Origin: an uncultured archaeon | Lineage (GTDB): Archaea > Aenigmatarchaeota > Aenigmatarchaeia > QMZP01 > QMZT01 | Direction: 5' to 3' | DNA length: 64,000 nucleotides | Assembly: GCA_964613955.1 (NCBI GenBank) | Contig: CAZTJN010000001.1 | Location: 97,656 to 161,655 of the forward strand | Part shown: positions 63,689 through 64,000 of the stretch, piece by piece | Position numbering within the stretch: position 1 is the first letter of the stretch | Layout of the letters: each line of letters opens with the position of its first letter | Program-made: the position numbers and the translations under genes | Notes under the pieces: generated by a model | What the model saw: the letters and a program-made list of their open reading frames with translations, nothing else | Told to the model about the DNA's origin: nothing | The model's database searches: none

Positions 63689-64000
63689 ATGGATTTAAAG
63701 TACGCTTCAGAAAATGGTTTGAATCCTCAGGAAGTTTTGTTGCTAATGAACGATATGAAATCTGTAATAAGATCTGGGATACCTTCAAAGAAATGTTACA
63801 AGAATCTGGTATTTTCATGCAATAAATATGGACTACATTTTCTGAAGGGGAAATTCAAAGAAGGTTCAGAGGAACAGGTTTTTTATATATCTAAATCAAA
63901 AAGTTTGGCAAGAGATGCCTACGAGGCGGAAAGAGGCGGTAATAAAAAAGAATTGGGGAGACTTCTAGGATACCCAGAATGTTGCATAGATTTTTTCGTA
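63689..64000 (+). CDS. Uncharacterised 'LGYPECC'-motif protein (copy 2), 5' part (runs off window end)
   Basis: ATG at 63689. The encoded sequence 'MDLKYASENGLNPQEVLLLMND...YISKSKSLARDAYEAERGGNKKELGRLLGYPECCIDFFV' is a clear paralog of ORF 60318, for example 'YISKSKDLLNKAYLSDKSGDRKKLGEVLGYPECCVEFF'. Not in the ORF track because it has no stop in the window. Confidence 0.5.
   Translation, partial: MDLKYASENGLNPQEVLLLMNDMKSVIRSGIPSKKCYKNLVFSCNKYGLHFLKGKFKEGSEEQVFYISKSKSLARDAYEAERGGNKKELGRLLGYPECCIDFFV

Noticed and set aside
18312-64000. Mobile element or prophage origin of the locus
   Set aside because: No transposase, integrase, terminal inverted repeat or phage structural genes were seen. 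The phage-tail-fibre-like Gly-rich region of ORF 10129-12666 is a single compositional resemblance only.

Overview
This 64 kb window of low-GC, tightly packed sequence (many overlapping stop/start junctions, almost no Shine-Dalgarno motifs, AT-rich TATA-like elements) is most consistent with an archaeal genome, possibly from a methanogen or Methanosarcinales-like lineage. It has two parts. (1) Positions 1-18.2 kb encode a block of secreted and cell-surface proteins, nearly all on the minus strand. These include a cadherin-like repeat protein (partial at the window edge), two paralogous roughly 400 aa proteins with a C-terminal TM helix plus polybasic tail, a 773 aa right-handed beta-helix protein, an 845 aa Gly/Ser-rich protein with three near-identical internal repeats, and a 1739 aa Cys/Asp-rich giant with a C-terminal LamG/ConA-like domain. 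A small winged-HTH regulator overlaps the 5' end of the giant gene, and a palindromic operator-like element sits in the divergent promoter region next to it. These proteins are extremely rich in N-x-S/T sequons. (2) Positions 18.3-64 kb hold a very large surface-glycan biosynthesis locus. It contains four Dpm1/ArnC-like GT2 polyprenyl-phosphate sugar synthases, two flippase-like (UPF0104) membrane proteins, and eight intact paralogous roughly 550 aa PMT/ArnT-like GT-C membrane glycosyltransferases plus one decayed pseudogene copy. Nucleotide-sugar tailoring enzymes are also present (a DegT aminotransferase, two NAD epimerase/dehydratases, an FAD oxidoreductase and a NodU-type carbamoyltransferase). 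Interleaved with these are eleven radical SAM enzymes in 44 kb: five B12-binding (class B) enzymes, four with SPASM/twitch C-terminal domains, and two stand-alone copies at the 3' end, each paired with a paralog of an uncharacterised 'LGYPECC' Cys-motif protein. The repeated juxtaposition of B12-binding radical SAM genes with GT-C glycosyltransferase paralogs is the most unusual feature. I have not seen this arrangement described; I propose a system that builds radical-modified (for example C-methylated), aminated and carbamoylated sugars on lipid carriers and transfers them extracytoplasmically, perhaps onto the adjacent sequon-rich surface proteins. I found no rRNA, tRNA, CRISPR array, transposase or integrase.
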